Of a stretch of 21,429 bases of DNA, positions 6,522 to 13,706 are shown piece after piece. The notes under the pieces were generated by a model. That model was not told where the DNA came from and did not search any database. It saw only the letters and a program-made list of their open reading frames with translations. Source of the DNA: a virus; the IMG/VR virus record IMGVR_UViG_3300014059_000004, one strand, 5' to 3'. Within the stretch, counting starts at the first letter, position 1. Each line of letters begins with the position of its first letter. The position numbers were made by a program, and so were the translations under genes.

Positions 6522-6809
6522 GACCCCATCGTCGGCGGACGTGTTCAGAAGACGTGTTCGAACTGCAAGAAGTTTGTGTACATCACGGTCGAAGAAGATG
6601 AAAACCTGATCGGATGTCACGTGCTCTGCCAGCGTTGCGATGCAGCGTACTATTCCTGGCGAGTGCGCACCTGTGGTGTATATGTCGATACCTTCCTGAA
6701 GTCTGTGGAGGCAAAGCGGGCGCGACCTGTGAAGCCACGGGCCAAGAAGTTGCACAAGAAGCGCTCGGCGGCGCAGCGGAAGGCAGATCGCGCGAAGTGC
6801 GGCGGCTGA
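6519..6809 (+). CDS. 96-aa zinc-ribbon protein, paralog 1 (CSNCKK...GCHVLCQRCD)
   Basis: Conserved unit. About 50% identical over ~60 aa to the next gene: KTCSNCKKFVYITVEEDENLIGCHVLCQRCDAAYYSWRVRT versus KSCSNCRKMVYLTERDAKHVVGCYLFCERCDIAYYDWKMRT. Confidence 0.7.
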   Translation: MDPIVGGRVQKTCSNCKKFVYITVEEDENLIGCHVLCQRCDAAYYSWRVRTCGVYVDTFLKSVEAKRARPVKPRAKKLHKKRSAAQRKADRAKCGG

Positions 6810-6846
6810 AGTGCAACGTCCCTCGGGAAAGGGGTATACTAAGATC

Positions 6847-7086
6847 ATGGACATCGCGAGCATCACCAATATGACGTGGAAGTCTTGTTCGAACTGCAGA
6901 AAGATGGTATACCTCACCGAGCGTGATGCTAAGCACGTGGTTGGTTGTTACTTGTTCTGTGAACGTTGCGATATCGCCTACTACGACTGGAAGATGCGAA
7001 CGGGCAATGCACTTGCTCAGGTCTTCCTGGCGTCTGTCGAAGCCAGACGAGCGCGGTTGCCTCGTTACGCACGAAACTACTTCTGA
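6847..7086 (+). CDS. 79-aa zinc-ribbon protein, paralog 2 (tandem duplicate of 6519-6809)
   Basis: Unit GGGAAAGGGGTATACTaagatcATGG; paralogy read directly from the translations. Confidence 0.7.
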   Translation: MDIASITNMTWKSCSNCRKMVYLTERDAKHVVGCYLFCERCDIAYYDWKMRTGNALAQVFLASVEARRARLPRYARNYF

Positions 7087-7123
7087 GGTGTAACCTCTCC
7101 ACTGAAAGGGGTATACTAAGATC

Positions 7124-7558
7124 ATGGCCACCAAGAAGAAGAACGATCTGGTTCAGATGCTCGAGAACCGCGCCTGGGATTGCACCGTGGGCGCTGGAAT
7201 CACGGACGAAGACGACGTTCCCTCGTACCAGAAGGAGTGCCGTCGCAACGTGGAGAGTGAACTTGGCCGTGCCCTGACGATGGAAGAGGTCAACGCGTTC
7301 TGGGACGCCTGGAAGCGTTGCATGCAGGAGATCGCTCAGCCTTTAGGAGGTGAACAGTGTCTCACACGAACTACCGTCGGAAGCCTCGCGGGCGTCACAA
7401 GAACGAAAAGTTCGCTTGGAAGAATGCAAGTGCATGGCGGCAGATCATCGTCCAGCAGGAGCGTGCTGCCTCGCGGATCGTGGTGTACACCAACATCGTT
7501 CGAGTTCCGGTACCGAAGCGCATTCCGCGACCGTGGTAGTTACTTATCGGCATCATGA
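7124..7558 (+). CDS. 144-aa ORF (MATKKKNDLV...); the C-terminal ~65 aa is low-complexity and overlaps the 7357 gene
   Basis: Unit cacTGAAAGGGGTATACTaagatcATGG. The first ~80 aa are plausible. No in-frame stop until 7558. Confidence 0.45.
   Translation: MATKKKNDLVQMLENRAWDCTVGAGITDEDDVPSYQKECRRNVESELGRALTMEEVNAFWDAWKRCMQEIAQPLGGEQCLTRTTVGSLAGVTRTKSSLGRMQVHGGRSSSSRSVLPRGSWCTPTSFEFRYRSAFRDRGSYLSAS
7357..7539 (+). CDS. 60-aa basic protein with GTG start and strong SD AGGAGG
   Basis: AGGAGGtgaacaGTG; GC3 is higher than in the overlapping frame; a TGA closes this frame immediately upstream. Confidence 0.4.
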   Translation: MSHTNYRRKPRGRHKNEKFAWKNASAWRQIIVQQERAASRIVVYTNIVRVPVPKRIPRPW

Positions 7559-7815
7559 CGATGCCGCACTATTCACCGCCGAAGCAGAAGCCGCCAGCTG
7601 AACCTCAGAAGAAGCAACTCTTCGGCGATGCACCCCCAGCCACTTGCCACGTGGTGATGCGGAAAGATCCAGGTCTCGGGTGGTCTCCCATCGCGGTCTT
7701 CAGCAGCGGTGAACCTGCGTTGAAGCACGCAGAAGACTTCATGGAGAAGATGCAGGCCAAGAGACCCGATCTGGAGCTTCGGATTGAAGACAGGATTCCG
7801 CTGATCAGCACGTGA
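7555..7815 (+). CDS. 86-aa proline-rich hypothetical protein
   Basis: Track ORF with good GC3; no conserved unit and a weak RBS. Confidence 0.5.
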   Translation: MTMPHYSPPKQKPPAEPQKKQLFGDAPPATCHVVMRKDPGLGWSPIAVFSSGEPALKHAEDFMEKMQAKRPDLELRIEDRIPLIST

Positions 7816-7855
7816 AAGAGTGCAACGTTCCACCTCACAGTGGTAAACTAGAATC

Positions 7856-8107
7856 ATGGAAGAGTTCATCACCTACCGGTGCCCGGACTGCGGCGGACCC
7901 TCGCATCCCGCTTCTGGGTGCCAGTACACCGAGACCTACGTGGTGTGCGGACCTTGCACCCGGCGAGCCTGGAAGTGGATCATTTCACAGGTGAACGGAA
8001 AAGGTCGCCGGAACGGGATCAACTTTTACGACCACGTGAACCGGATCGCACCTCCCATCAGTGCAACATCCACCACGAACGAGGTACAGTTAGATCATGG
8101 CTGCTAA
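7856..8107 (+). CDS. 83-aa zinc-ribbon protein (CPDCGG...CGPC)
   Basis: Variant unit GTGAAAGAGtgcaacgttccacctcacagtGGTAAACTagaatcATGG. The C-terminus ...TNEVQLDHGC is encoded by read-through of the next promoter unit. Confidence 0.65.
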   Translation: MEEFITYRCPDCGGPSHPASGCQYTETYVVCGPCTRRAWKWIISQVNGKGRRNGINFYDHVNRIAPPISATSTTNEVQLDHGC

Positions 8108-8348
8108 AAGAGGTAACGGGTTCATCGATTACAAACCGACCATGTCCGACATCAAGGAGAATGCACTCGCAAAGATCCGTGATGCATCCTGGGACGTATC
8201 CATGCTGGAAGGTGACCTTTCGGACAGGGGTTTCCCGGAGGTTGCACTTCGCTACGAGGCAATCCAGAAAAAGCTGGAGGAGTTGGAGGCCGAGCTCCGC
8301 AAGCTTCCGCTGTTACACACCGTGCACATCAACCCTTCCTTAGCTTAG
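8097..8348 (+). CDS. 83-aa hypothetical protein with C-terminal coiled coil
   Basis: Unit cacGAACGAGGTACAGTtagatcATGG; stop TAG inside the CCTTAGCTTAG box. Confidence 0.65.
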   Translation: MAAKRGNGFIDYKPTMSDIKENALAKIRDASWDVSMLEGDLSDRGFPEVALRYEAIQKKLEELEAELRKLPLLHTVHINPSLA

Positions 8349-8386
8349 CAGTGAATATTCTTCGTTAAAAGAGGTACAGTAAGACC

Positions 8387-9241
8387 ATGGCAATCACCAC
8401 CACCTACGGGAATCCCCGCAACGGCGATCAGGTTACCACGATCAACTTCGAAGGTCGCGTGGTCTCGGTCGACAATGTCACCGAGCGTCGGAACTGGAGC
8501 GACACGCTGGACTACAGCGACTGGCGGATGACTGACTGCACCATCGCCACTGTGTACCTGGGACGCTACGGTGCCAAGAACACCTACGATCGCTACGATG
8601 CTGCCACGATGCCCCGCGAGCGCTACGGGGCGCTGGTGGCTGACAAGCGTCGGTCGCCCATCGTGGAACTTCCCGTTCACGAGCGCTTCCTGGAGGTCGA
8701 CGTGACGAACATGTGGGCATGGCGCACTGGCAAGGTCGACGTAGCGGTCGCCGATGCGGACGAGGCCACGTATCCCGAGCTCAACCACGATTACGCAGAG
8801 TACATGGCTCACATCGCCAACGAGCGGAAGCGTGACGAGGAACGTCGGCGTGCCCGAGAGGAGGCCGAGCTGGCTGAGCGCATCCGTGAGGAAGAGAACC
8901 GACCGGTCATCGGGAAGAAGATGATCGTGGCTCGTGGTCGCAAGGTGAAGGTCGGAACTGTGGGCACGGTTGCATTCGTCAGGGACGGTAGCGTCCTCCT
9001 GAAGCCCGATGCCACGTGGACGGATCGGAAGGTCGGCGGTGTCTGGGTGCAGGCTCACAACCTGGAGCTTCGTCGGCCGTGCACTGCTCACGAGGATTGT
9101 GCAGCCTCGCCCGAGCTGGGTGAAGCTTGCGTCGGTCAGAAGCACATCCACCTCTTAAACGAGGCCCACTCGGGCTTCACAGAAAAACTTTGGGTTATTG
9201 GATGGGGATTACCACCATCCGGACTCAAGGCGACACCGTGA
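8387..9241 (+). CDS. 284-aa hypothetical protein with central charged ER/K-rich helix and C-terminal C-x2-HEDC motif
   Basis: Unit GTGAATattcttcgTTAAAAGAGGTACAGTaagaccATGG. Longest gene of the array. The C-terminus RRPCTAHEDCAASPELGEACVG is shared with ORF 13707-14135. Confidence 0.75.
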   Translation: MAITTTYGNPRNGDQVTTINFEGRVVSVDNVTERRNWSDTLDYSDWRMTDCTIATVYLGRYGAKNTYDRYDAATMPRERYGALVADKRRSPIVELPVHERFLEVDVTNMWAWRTGKVDVAVADADEATYPELNHDYAEYMAHIANERKRDEERRRAREEAELAERIREEENRPVIGKKMIVARGRKVKVGTVGTVAFVRDGSVLLKPDATWTDRKVGGVWVQAHNLELRRPCTAHEDCAASPELGEACVGQKHIHLLNEAHSGFTEKLWVIGWGLPPSGLKATP

Positions 9242-9291
9242 GGCCCGAGAGTGAAGTGAATCTTCGGAAACGAACGAGGTATACTAGAACC

Positions 9292-9531
9292 ATGAACAAC
9301 ACCTACGATCACGCTGCTGCGTTGTGGGCTCTCGGAACGCACATGGGTGATGAGGCCCGTGAGATCAATGCGTTGGTCGACCAGCTGAGCGAGAAGATCG
9401 CCAAGCTCGACAGTGCAAAGCTTCCAGTAGAGGTTCGCGTTCAGATCTTCTCGCACGTCACCAAGATCTGTGCACTCTCCCACGAGGCCAAGGATCTGGA
9501 GAAGCTTCTTTGCGATCCCACGTGGGAGTGA
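9292..9531 (+). CDS. 79-aa hypothetical protein (MNNTYDHAAALWALG...)
   Basis: Unit GTGAAGTGAATCTTCggaaacGAACGAGGTATACTagaaccATG; I rejected the track's N-terminal extension 9127-. Confidence 0.65.
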   Translation: MNNTYDHAAALWALGTHMGDEAREINALVDQLSEKIAKLDSAKLPVEVRVQIFSHVTKICALSHEAKDLEKLLCDPTWE

Positions 9532-9563
9532 AAGATCGTCTCTGAAAGGGGTATACTAGAACC

Positions 9564-9746
9564 ATGGAAACCATGAAGACCCTTAAGCGAATCGTCGTCC
9601 GCACTCGGTGGGAAGGCTGCAACGTCGACCTGAAGTTCACTGTCGACGAGATGAAAGAGGCTCGTCGCATCTGCGCCTGGATCAACAGCGGTGCAACTGA
9701 GTTCGGAGCCGCGAAGATCGTCAAGGTGTTCGCGCGGTCGAAGTGA
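9564..9746 (+). CDS. 60-aa hypothetical protein
   Basis: Unit GTGAAAGatcgtctcTGAAAGGGGTATACTagaaccATGG. Confidence 0.6.
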   Translation: METMKTLKRIVVRTRWEGCNVDLKFTVDEMKEARRICAWINSGATEFGAAKIVKVFARSK

Positions 9747-9781
9747 ACAGTCCCTCCTGAAAGGGGTATACTAAGATCATG
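9743..9781 (+). promoter_or_regulatory. Representative promoter unit GTGAACagtccctccTGAAAGGGGTATACTaagatcATGG
   Basis: -35-like GTGAAC (overlapping stop TGA 9744-9746), 17-nt spacer containing TGAAAGGGG, TATACT at 9767-9772, ATG at 9779. Confidence 0.6.
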
Positions 9782-10099
9782 GCCCGGAAGAAGAGCTACA
9801 ACCCCGAGAAGCGACAGTGGCGCGGTGCATCTTACAAGGCAGGCCGCGAGCGAATCGCGGTTCTCCGTGAAAAGGCGCACCGCGAGGTGCAACCCGCCGA
9901 GACGCTCTTCACCTGCCGGTGCTGCGGTGAATCTTCTCGAGGCCTGACGGACGGGACGTTCTTCAACCCAGGCTGGGGTCGGATCGATCGGATCGACGGC
10001 CCGAATGCAATCTGCCCGGAGTGCATCGCGGATCCCCATGCTCTTGATGGCCTGAAGGAAGACGGGTTCGAGAGTGCGGCAGTGAAACTTCTCTCCTGA
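9779..10099 (+). CDS. 106-aa zinc-ribbon protein (CRCCG...CPEC)
   Basis: Conserved unit; N-terminus MARKKSYNPEKRQ is basic. Confidence 0.65.
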   Translation: MARKKSYNPEKRQWRGASYKAGRERIAVLREKAHREVQPAETLFTCRCCGESSRGLTDGTFFNPGWGRIDRIDGPNAICPECIADPHALDGLKEDGFESAAVKLLS

Positions 10100-10117
10100 A
10101 AGAGGTATACTGAGATC

Positions 10118-10435
10118 ATGGACATCTACGGAATCGCACTTCACTCGGCCCTGGAGCGTCGGAAGCACCTCGCAGCAGTGCTCGCAGTGCAGCTCCAGAA
10201 CCCGCTGCTGAGCCGCGCGGCAGCGAAGACGGGTGAACAGATCTTCGTCGTGGATCGGATCATCGAGGACCTGGAGACGGACATCCTGAAGCGCTGTGCA
10301 ACTTCCCTCCCGAATGAGGTACAGTTAGATCATGCTCCACCAAACGATTCGCAAAGCCAAGATCCAGTCCACCTCCGGACATCCCAAGCCCTTCATCGTC
10401 TTTCGTTCCGCGAAGCTCACCCCCGTCTCTGGTGA
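10118..10435 (+). CDS. 105-aa ORF that reads through an internal promoter unit (…PNEVQLDH…)
   Basis: Unit GTGAAActtctctccTGAAAGAGGTATACTgagatcATGG. The frame continues through the GAGGTACAGTtagatcATG unit at 10315-10334 and overlaps the next gene by 100 nt. The 3' ~35 codons are doubtful. Confidence 0.5.
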   Translation: MDIYGIALHSALERRKHLAAVLAVQLQNPLLSRAAAKTGEQIFVVDRIIEDLETDILKRCATSLPNEVQLDHAPPNDSQSQDPVHLRTSQALHRLSFREAHPRLW

Positions 10436-10589
10436 CACCAAGTTCCAACCCGGTGATACGGTGCAAATTTGGTTCGACTCAAGCATCTCATTCACCTCAA
10501 ACGTCAACGACGCATCAAAGCACCTCATTCGCAAAGATAAGTCAGACACGGGTGAAATCTGGTCGTGGTTAGGTTACGTCTCATCTTAG
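10332..10589 (+). CDS. 85-aa hypothetical protein
   Basis: ATG 6 nt after TACAGT of the internal unit; stop TAG inside a CTTAGCTTAT box. Confidence 0.55.
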   Translation: MLHQTIRKAKIQSTSGHPKPFIVFRSAKLTPVSGDTKFQPGDTVQIWFDSSISFTSNVNDASKHLIRKDKSDTGEIWSWLGYVSS

Positions 10590-10642
10590 CTTATCTTCTT
10601 CCCGCGATGCAATGTTTCCACTGAAAGAGGTATACTGAGATC

Positions 10643-10981
10643 ATGGCCGCTACATTCAAGATCATCCCGGGCAGCATGTTCAAGGCGCAGTACGTGGAGG
10701 CGTTCGAGTGCGTCGACAATGACGAGCTCGACCTGGAGATCGAGGAGCCGTTCACTTTCGGTGAGGTGTCGATCCCCGGCCACGGGAAGCGTGGGTGTCT
10801 CGTGATGAGCTCCACCAAGAAGCCAGGGTGGTTCTACGACGAGGACGATGGGTGGCAGCGTGTACCGAGCGGTGAGACCTTCATCGAGGTCACCAGCACC
10901 GGCCAACCGGTGGCCAACACAGGGAAGCCCAGGGCTGCACGGTTAAACCCGTGCGGTCAAGGGGTGGTTTACCACCTCTGA
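10643..10981 (+). CDS. 112-aa hypothetical protein; C-terminus encoded by repeat element C
   Basis: Unit cacTGAAAGAGGTATACTgagatcATGG. The last ~15 codons contain hairpins GCACGG-ttaaac-CCGTGC and GGTGG-ttta-CCACC plus the shared box GGTGGTTTACCAcctcTGA. Confidence 0.65.
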   Translation: MAATFKIIPGSMFKAQYVEAFECVDNDELDLEIEEPFTFGEVSIPGHGKRGCLVMSSTKKPGWFYDEDDGWQRVPSGETFIEVTSTGQPVANTGKPRAARLNPCGQGVVYHL

Positions 10982-11020
10982 ATAATCAAAGGGCTCACGT
11001 GGGTCAACGGTGGGCTCGAA
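10937..11020. repeat. Palindromic repeat element C (shares GGTGGTTTACCA with B and GGGTCAACGGTGGGCT and CACGTGGG with A)
   Basis: Direct comparison of sequences 10937-11020, 2544-2640 and 6128-6200. Confidence 0.7.
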
Positions 11021-11071
11021 ACTCGCTCTGTTTCCGTGCAACGGTGATTGTAGCTGAGGTATACTAGACTC

Positions 11072-11287
11072 ATGGCACAGCTCATCTCTCCGGACGACGT
11101 TCCCCGTGACATTCTCAATGCGCTGGCACCTGACACAGACCTGGATGAACTGTGCTTCTACGTGGCAGATGGAGAGTACTATTACCTCGCGAACCACGAT
11201 GACACTGTCGCGTTCAAGTTCACCGACAAGTGGGTCGAAATGGATTGGGATGCATTTCTTACCGAGATACGCACTTCCTCGCGGTGA
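11072..11287 (+). CDS. 71-aa acidic hypothetical protein
   Basis: Unit gtagcTGAGGTATACTagactcATGG. Confidence 0.65.
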   Translation: MAQLISPDDVPRDILNALAPDTDLDELCFYVADGEYYYLANHDDTVAFKFTDKWVEMDWDAFLTEIRTSSR

Positions 11288-11319
11288 AAAGTAACCCCAA
11301 AGCGAGTTAAACTAGGCTC

Positions 11320-11514
11320 ATGGCAACGAAGAAGATCAAGATCGAGATGATCTTTTCGGATGAGTCTTACGGAGTGCCCGAGTACGGTCTTCTACCACGA
11401 CATCCTTCTCGAGACGAGGACGAAGAAGATATTGCATACCGTCGTCACCTGAAGAATTTGGGTCTCAGGGCGGGCGTCAGCGACGGATTTGTGTATCTGA
11501 TAGTAGAAGAGTGA
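11320..11514 (+). CDS. 64-aa hypothetical protein (MATKKIKIEM...)
   Basis: Variant unit GTGAAAAGtaaccccaaagcGAGTTAAACTaggctcATGG. Confidence 0.6.
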   Translation: MATKKIKIEMIFSDESYGVPEYGLLPRHPSRDEDEEDIAYRRHLKNLGLRAGVSDGFVYLIVEE

Positions 11515-11546
11515 ACGTTGCACCGCCCTTAGCTTATACTTGGTTC

Positions 11547-11864
11547 ATGGAAACTCCTCTTACGCCTGCTCAAGTCAACGTCCGCGTCGCCGAGCTGGTT
11601 GATCCGAAGCTGATCAGCATGCTCAACGAGATGATTGTGAAGGCGTACGCAGTACGTTACTTCGACATGGCACAGCTTGACATGGGCAAGGTGATGTCTG
11701 CGGCAGAAGAGCTGCTGCCAGAGCTCGATGAGCCGGCAGTGACGCTGATGATCTCGCGGGCAAGTCAAGTGTTCAGGTCCCAAGGGTGGCACGTCAGGGT
11801 TCAGAACAAGAACCTTGAGTTCAGCGCGGAGCCCTTCGAGGACGAAGACGAGGACTACGAATGA
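11547..11864 (+). CDS. 105-aa acidic hypothetical protein (METPLTPAQV...)
   Basis: Unit GTGAACgttgcaccgcCCTTAGCTTATACTtggttcATGG; I rejected the track's N-terminal extension. Confidence 0.65.
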   Translation: METPLTPAQVNVRVAELVDPKLISMLNEMIVKAYAVRYFDMAQLDMGKVMSAAEELLPELDEPAVTLMISRASQVFRSQGWHVRVQNKNLEFSAEPFEDEDEDYE

Positions 11865-12118
11865 GCGCCCGGGTTCTAGACTGGCTCAGTGATTCTGCGA
11901 ACTTCTTCGTTGCATTGCTAGGTTCTGGTTGCATCATCGTGATCGTTATGGGATTGATGTGGCTAGCGGAGCATAATGCCGTACTGCACAACCATCTGTG
12001 GAGCTACAACTTCCAGCTGAGTCCGGCAGACGAGTGTGTCCCTCGGCAGTGGGACTGCGCCCTGTCAGACGAGCTGGAGGCCACGTGGATCTGCGTGCCT
12101 CGCCGGGATGATGACTGA
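11861..12118 (+). CDS. 85-aa membrane protein (one transmembrane helix), translationally coupled (ATGA)
   Basis: ATGA overlap with the previous stop; GAGGA 8 nt upstream; hydrophobic FFVALLGSGCIIVIVMGLMWLA. Confidence 0.55.
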   Translation: MSARVLDWLSDSANFFVALLGSGCIIVIVMGLMWLAEHNAVLHNHLWSYNFQLSPADECVPRQWDCALSDELEATWICVPRRDDD

Positions 12119-12155
12119 AGTGTAATTCAACGGTGATCTGGGTTATACTAGAACC

Positions 12156-12461
12156 ATGGACACCACCTCCACCATCAAGACGGTCATCGGCGCGGTTCTC
12201 TTCGTTGCTTCCACGATCGTTGCATCCGCTGCGGTTTCCCCGCGCGGTCCGATCCACACGGTCGCGGACGGGATCACCGCGCTGAGCGTCCCTGCCCCCA
12301 CGGCACCCGTGGTCCTGGACACCATCACCATCGAGGGCACTGTCCGCAAGGTTGCACCCGCCAAGAAGCCCGCAGCGAAGAAGGTCTGGACGTGCGGTGG
12401 GCAGGAGCGTCTCCTGATGGGACCGGTCGGAAGCCGCGTTGTTCGCTGCGACTGGAAGTGA
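12156..12461 (+). CDS. 101-aa protein with N-terminal signal/anchor sequence and Ala/Pro/Lys-rich region
   Basis: Unit ...ctgGGTTATACTagaaccATGG; the hydrophobic stretch IKTVIGAVLFVASTIVASAAV starts at residue 7. Confidence 0.65.
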   Translation: MDTTSTIKTVIGAVLFVASTIVASAAVSPRGPIHTVADGITALSVPAPTAPVVLDTITIEGTVRKVAPAKKPAAKKVWTCGGQERLLMGPVGSRVVRCDWK

Positions 12462-12493
12462 ACCTGCAGGCGCGGGCGAGGTAAGATAGAACC

Positions 12494-12796
12494 ATGGACG
12501 CTCCCTATCGCTGCACCTTGAAGATCTTCTACCGCACGGCTGAGGCTATCAAGCGTGATCCGGTTGTCACTGTGCCCCATGATGACGGTCTCCTCAAAGA
12601 GGATTACGAGTACATCACCGATCTGGGCGACGTCACTCTAGAGGAAGCATTCCGTCAGATGAACGTCGTCGACGGTGATGAGCTGCCCACAAAGCTGGGC
12701 GTGCGATCGATGATGAACGGTGACGTCATCCTTGATGAGGATGGTGACGTCTGGTTTCTCGGGGTCGTCGGCTGGGAACGCTGCAATTGGTGGTGA
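12494..12796 (+). CDS. 100-aa acidic hypothetical protein
   Basis: Variant unit GTGAACctgcaggcgcgggcGAGGTAAGATagaaccATGG. Confidence 0.65.
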   Translation: MDAPYRCTLKIFYRTAEAIKRDPVVTVPHDDGLLKEDYEYITDLGDVTLEEAFRQMNVVDGDELPTKLGVRSMMNGDVILDEDGDVWFLGVVGWERCNWW

Positions 12797-12828
12797 ACGA
12801 TCGATGCGTGTTGGGTTAAGATAGAACC

Positions 12829-12990
12829 ATGGACAGCGCTGGAGGAAACGTGAAGCTGGGTCGTCGCTTCACGGTAGACGAGATGAAGTTCCCTCGCGAG
12901 GCTGAGGCTGCGATCGCTGCCGCTGCTTCTCGCGAGGTGAAGAGCATGGAGGATATCTACAGCGAGCTCTTCGGAGCGGAAGACGAATGA
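12829..12990 (+). CDS. 53-aa hypothetical protein (below the ORF-track cutoff)
   Basis: Variant unit GGTGAACgatcgatgcgtgttGGGTTAAGATagaaccATGG; product MDSAGGNVKLGRRFTVDEMKFPREAEAAIAAAASREVKSMEDIYSELFGAEDE; stop overlaps the next start (ATGA). Confidence 0.5.
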   Translation: MDSAGGNVKLGRRFTVDEMKFPREAEAAIAAAASREVKSMEDIYSELFGAEDE

Positions 12991-13205
12991 AACCCACGAT
13001 CCAGCTGCTCATTGCGGTTCTCCTGTGGTCTGCTGCCTCAGCTCTCGTCATGGGCGCGGAAGGAAACCCAAGCCACTGCGAGAGCATCAGGGACGCAGAC
13101 CGCCGACACTTCTGCAGAGCCGTCACGATCCCGCGAGCTTCTGAGTGCGAGCTGATCAGGAGCGCGGACCTCAGAGCAGAGTGCAGAGCTCGAGCCCCGA
13201 GATGA
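12987..13205 (+). CDS. 72-aa secreted Cys-rich small protein (signal peptide plus 5 Cys)
   Basis: ATGA coupling; N-terminus MKPTIQLLIAVLLWSAASALVMGAEG looks like a signal peptide. Confidence 0.55.
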   Translation: MKPTIQLLIAVLLWSAASALVMGAEGNPSHCESIRDADRRHFCRAVTIPRASECELIRSADLRAECRARAPR

Positions 13206-13233
13206 ATACTTAGCCCAACACGGTCGGACCCAG

Positions 13234-13270
13234 AGACTTCAAGTCTGGTTTCAAGTGCAATCCCTGAAGT
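13234..13270. promoter_or_regulatory. Operator-like cluster: 13-bp palindrome AGACTT-C-AAGTCT plus two further GACTTCA(A/G)G-related half-sites
   Basis: Palindrome at 13234-13246; TTCAAGT repeated at 13250-13256; CCTGAAGTC (13262-13270) is the reverse complement of GACTTCAGG. Sits immediately upstream of the extended -10 TGGTATACT of gene 13291. Confidence 0.45.
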
Positions 13271-13290
13271 CGTTTTGGTATACTAGAGAC

Positions 13291-13692
13291 ATGGACATCA
13301 ACCAGCTCCAGTACGCCCCGCGGGTCACTCGTGTTTCCCTGGGTAAGTGCAGCTCTGTCGACTTCGTGGTCTTGCTCCTGGCCCGAGCCGGTGAGCAGGG
13401 CATGGCAGTCAAGGACATCTACGCTGCTTACTGTGCATGGCGCGGTGGTGTGCTGGGCCGCAATGGCCAAGACAGCCGCATCACCTACTTCTTCGCTCGT
13501 GAATACGGTCACATCTCGGTGAGTTGGCTCGACACCCGCCATTCGCTGGGCAATCCTGGTTACTTGTTTGGCAACCATCGCACCACGCTGTGGTACCGGG
13601 TGTCCCGTGGCGTCTATGCTCTCAACGTCAACGGCCGTGCTCGGGCCGAGGTGATCGCAACCACGTTACCGTGCAATCGTAGCAGCTCTTAG
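13291..13692 (+). CDS. 133-aa hypothetical protein, possible helix-turn-helix DNA-binding
   Basis: ttTGGTATACTagagacATGG; I rejected the N-terminal extension. The segment SSVDFVVLLLARAGEQGMAVKDIYAAY resembles a helix-turn-helix (weak, by eye only). Confidence 0.6.
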   Translation: MDINQLQYAPRVTRVSLGKCSSVDFVVLLLARAGEQGMAVKDIYAAYCAWRGGVLGRNGQDSRITYFFAREYGHISVSWLDTRHSLGNPGYLFGNHRTTLWYRVSRGVYALNVNGRARAEVIATTLPCNRSSS

Positions 13693-13706
13693 CTTATACT
13701 AGACTC

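Noticed and set aside
8345-9151. Long minus-strand ORFs antisense to the plus-strand array (8345-9151 of 268 aa, 9458-10168 of 236 aa, 6583-7134 of 183 aa, 6489-6917, 12143-12580, 10586-10906 and others)
   Set aside because: They span several conserved promoter units and gene boundaries of the opposite strand, lack any start context, and have low-complexity Arg/Ser/Pro-rich translations typical of antisense frames in about 57%-GC DNA. The plus-strand genes are anchored by the repeated promoter-ATGG unit.
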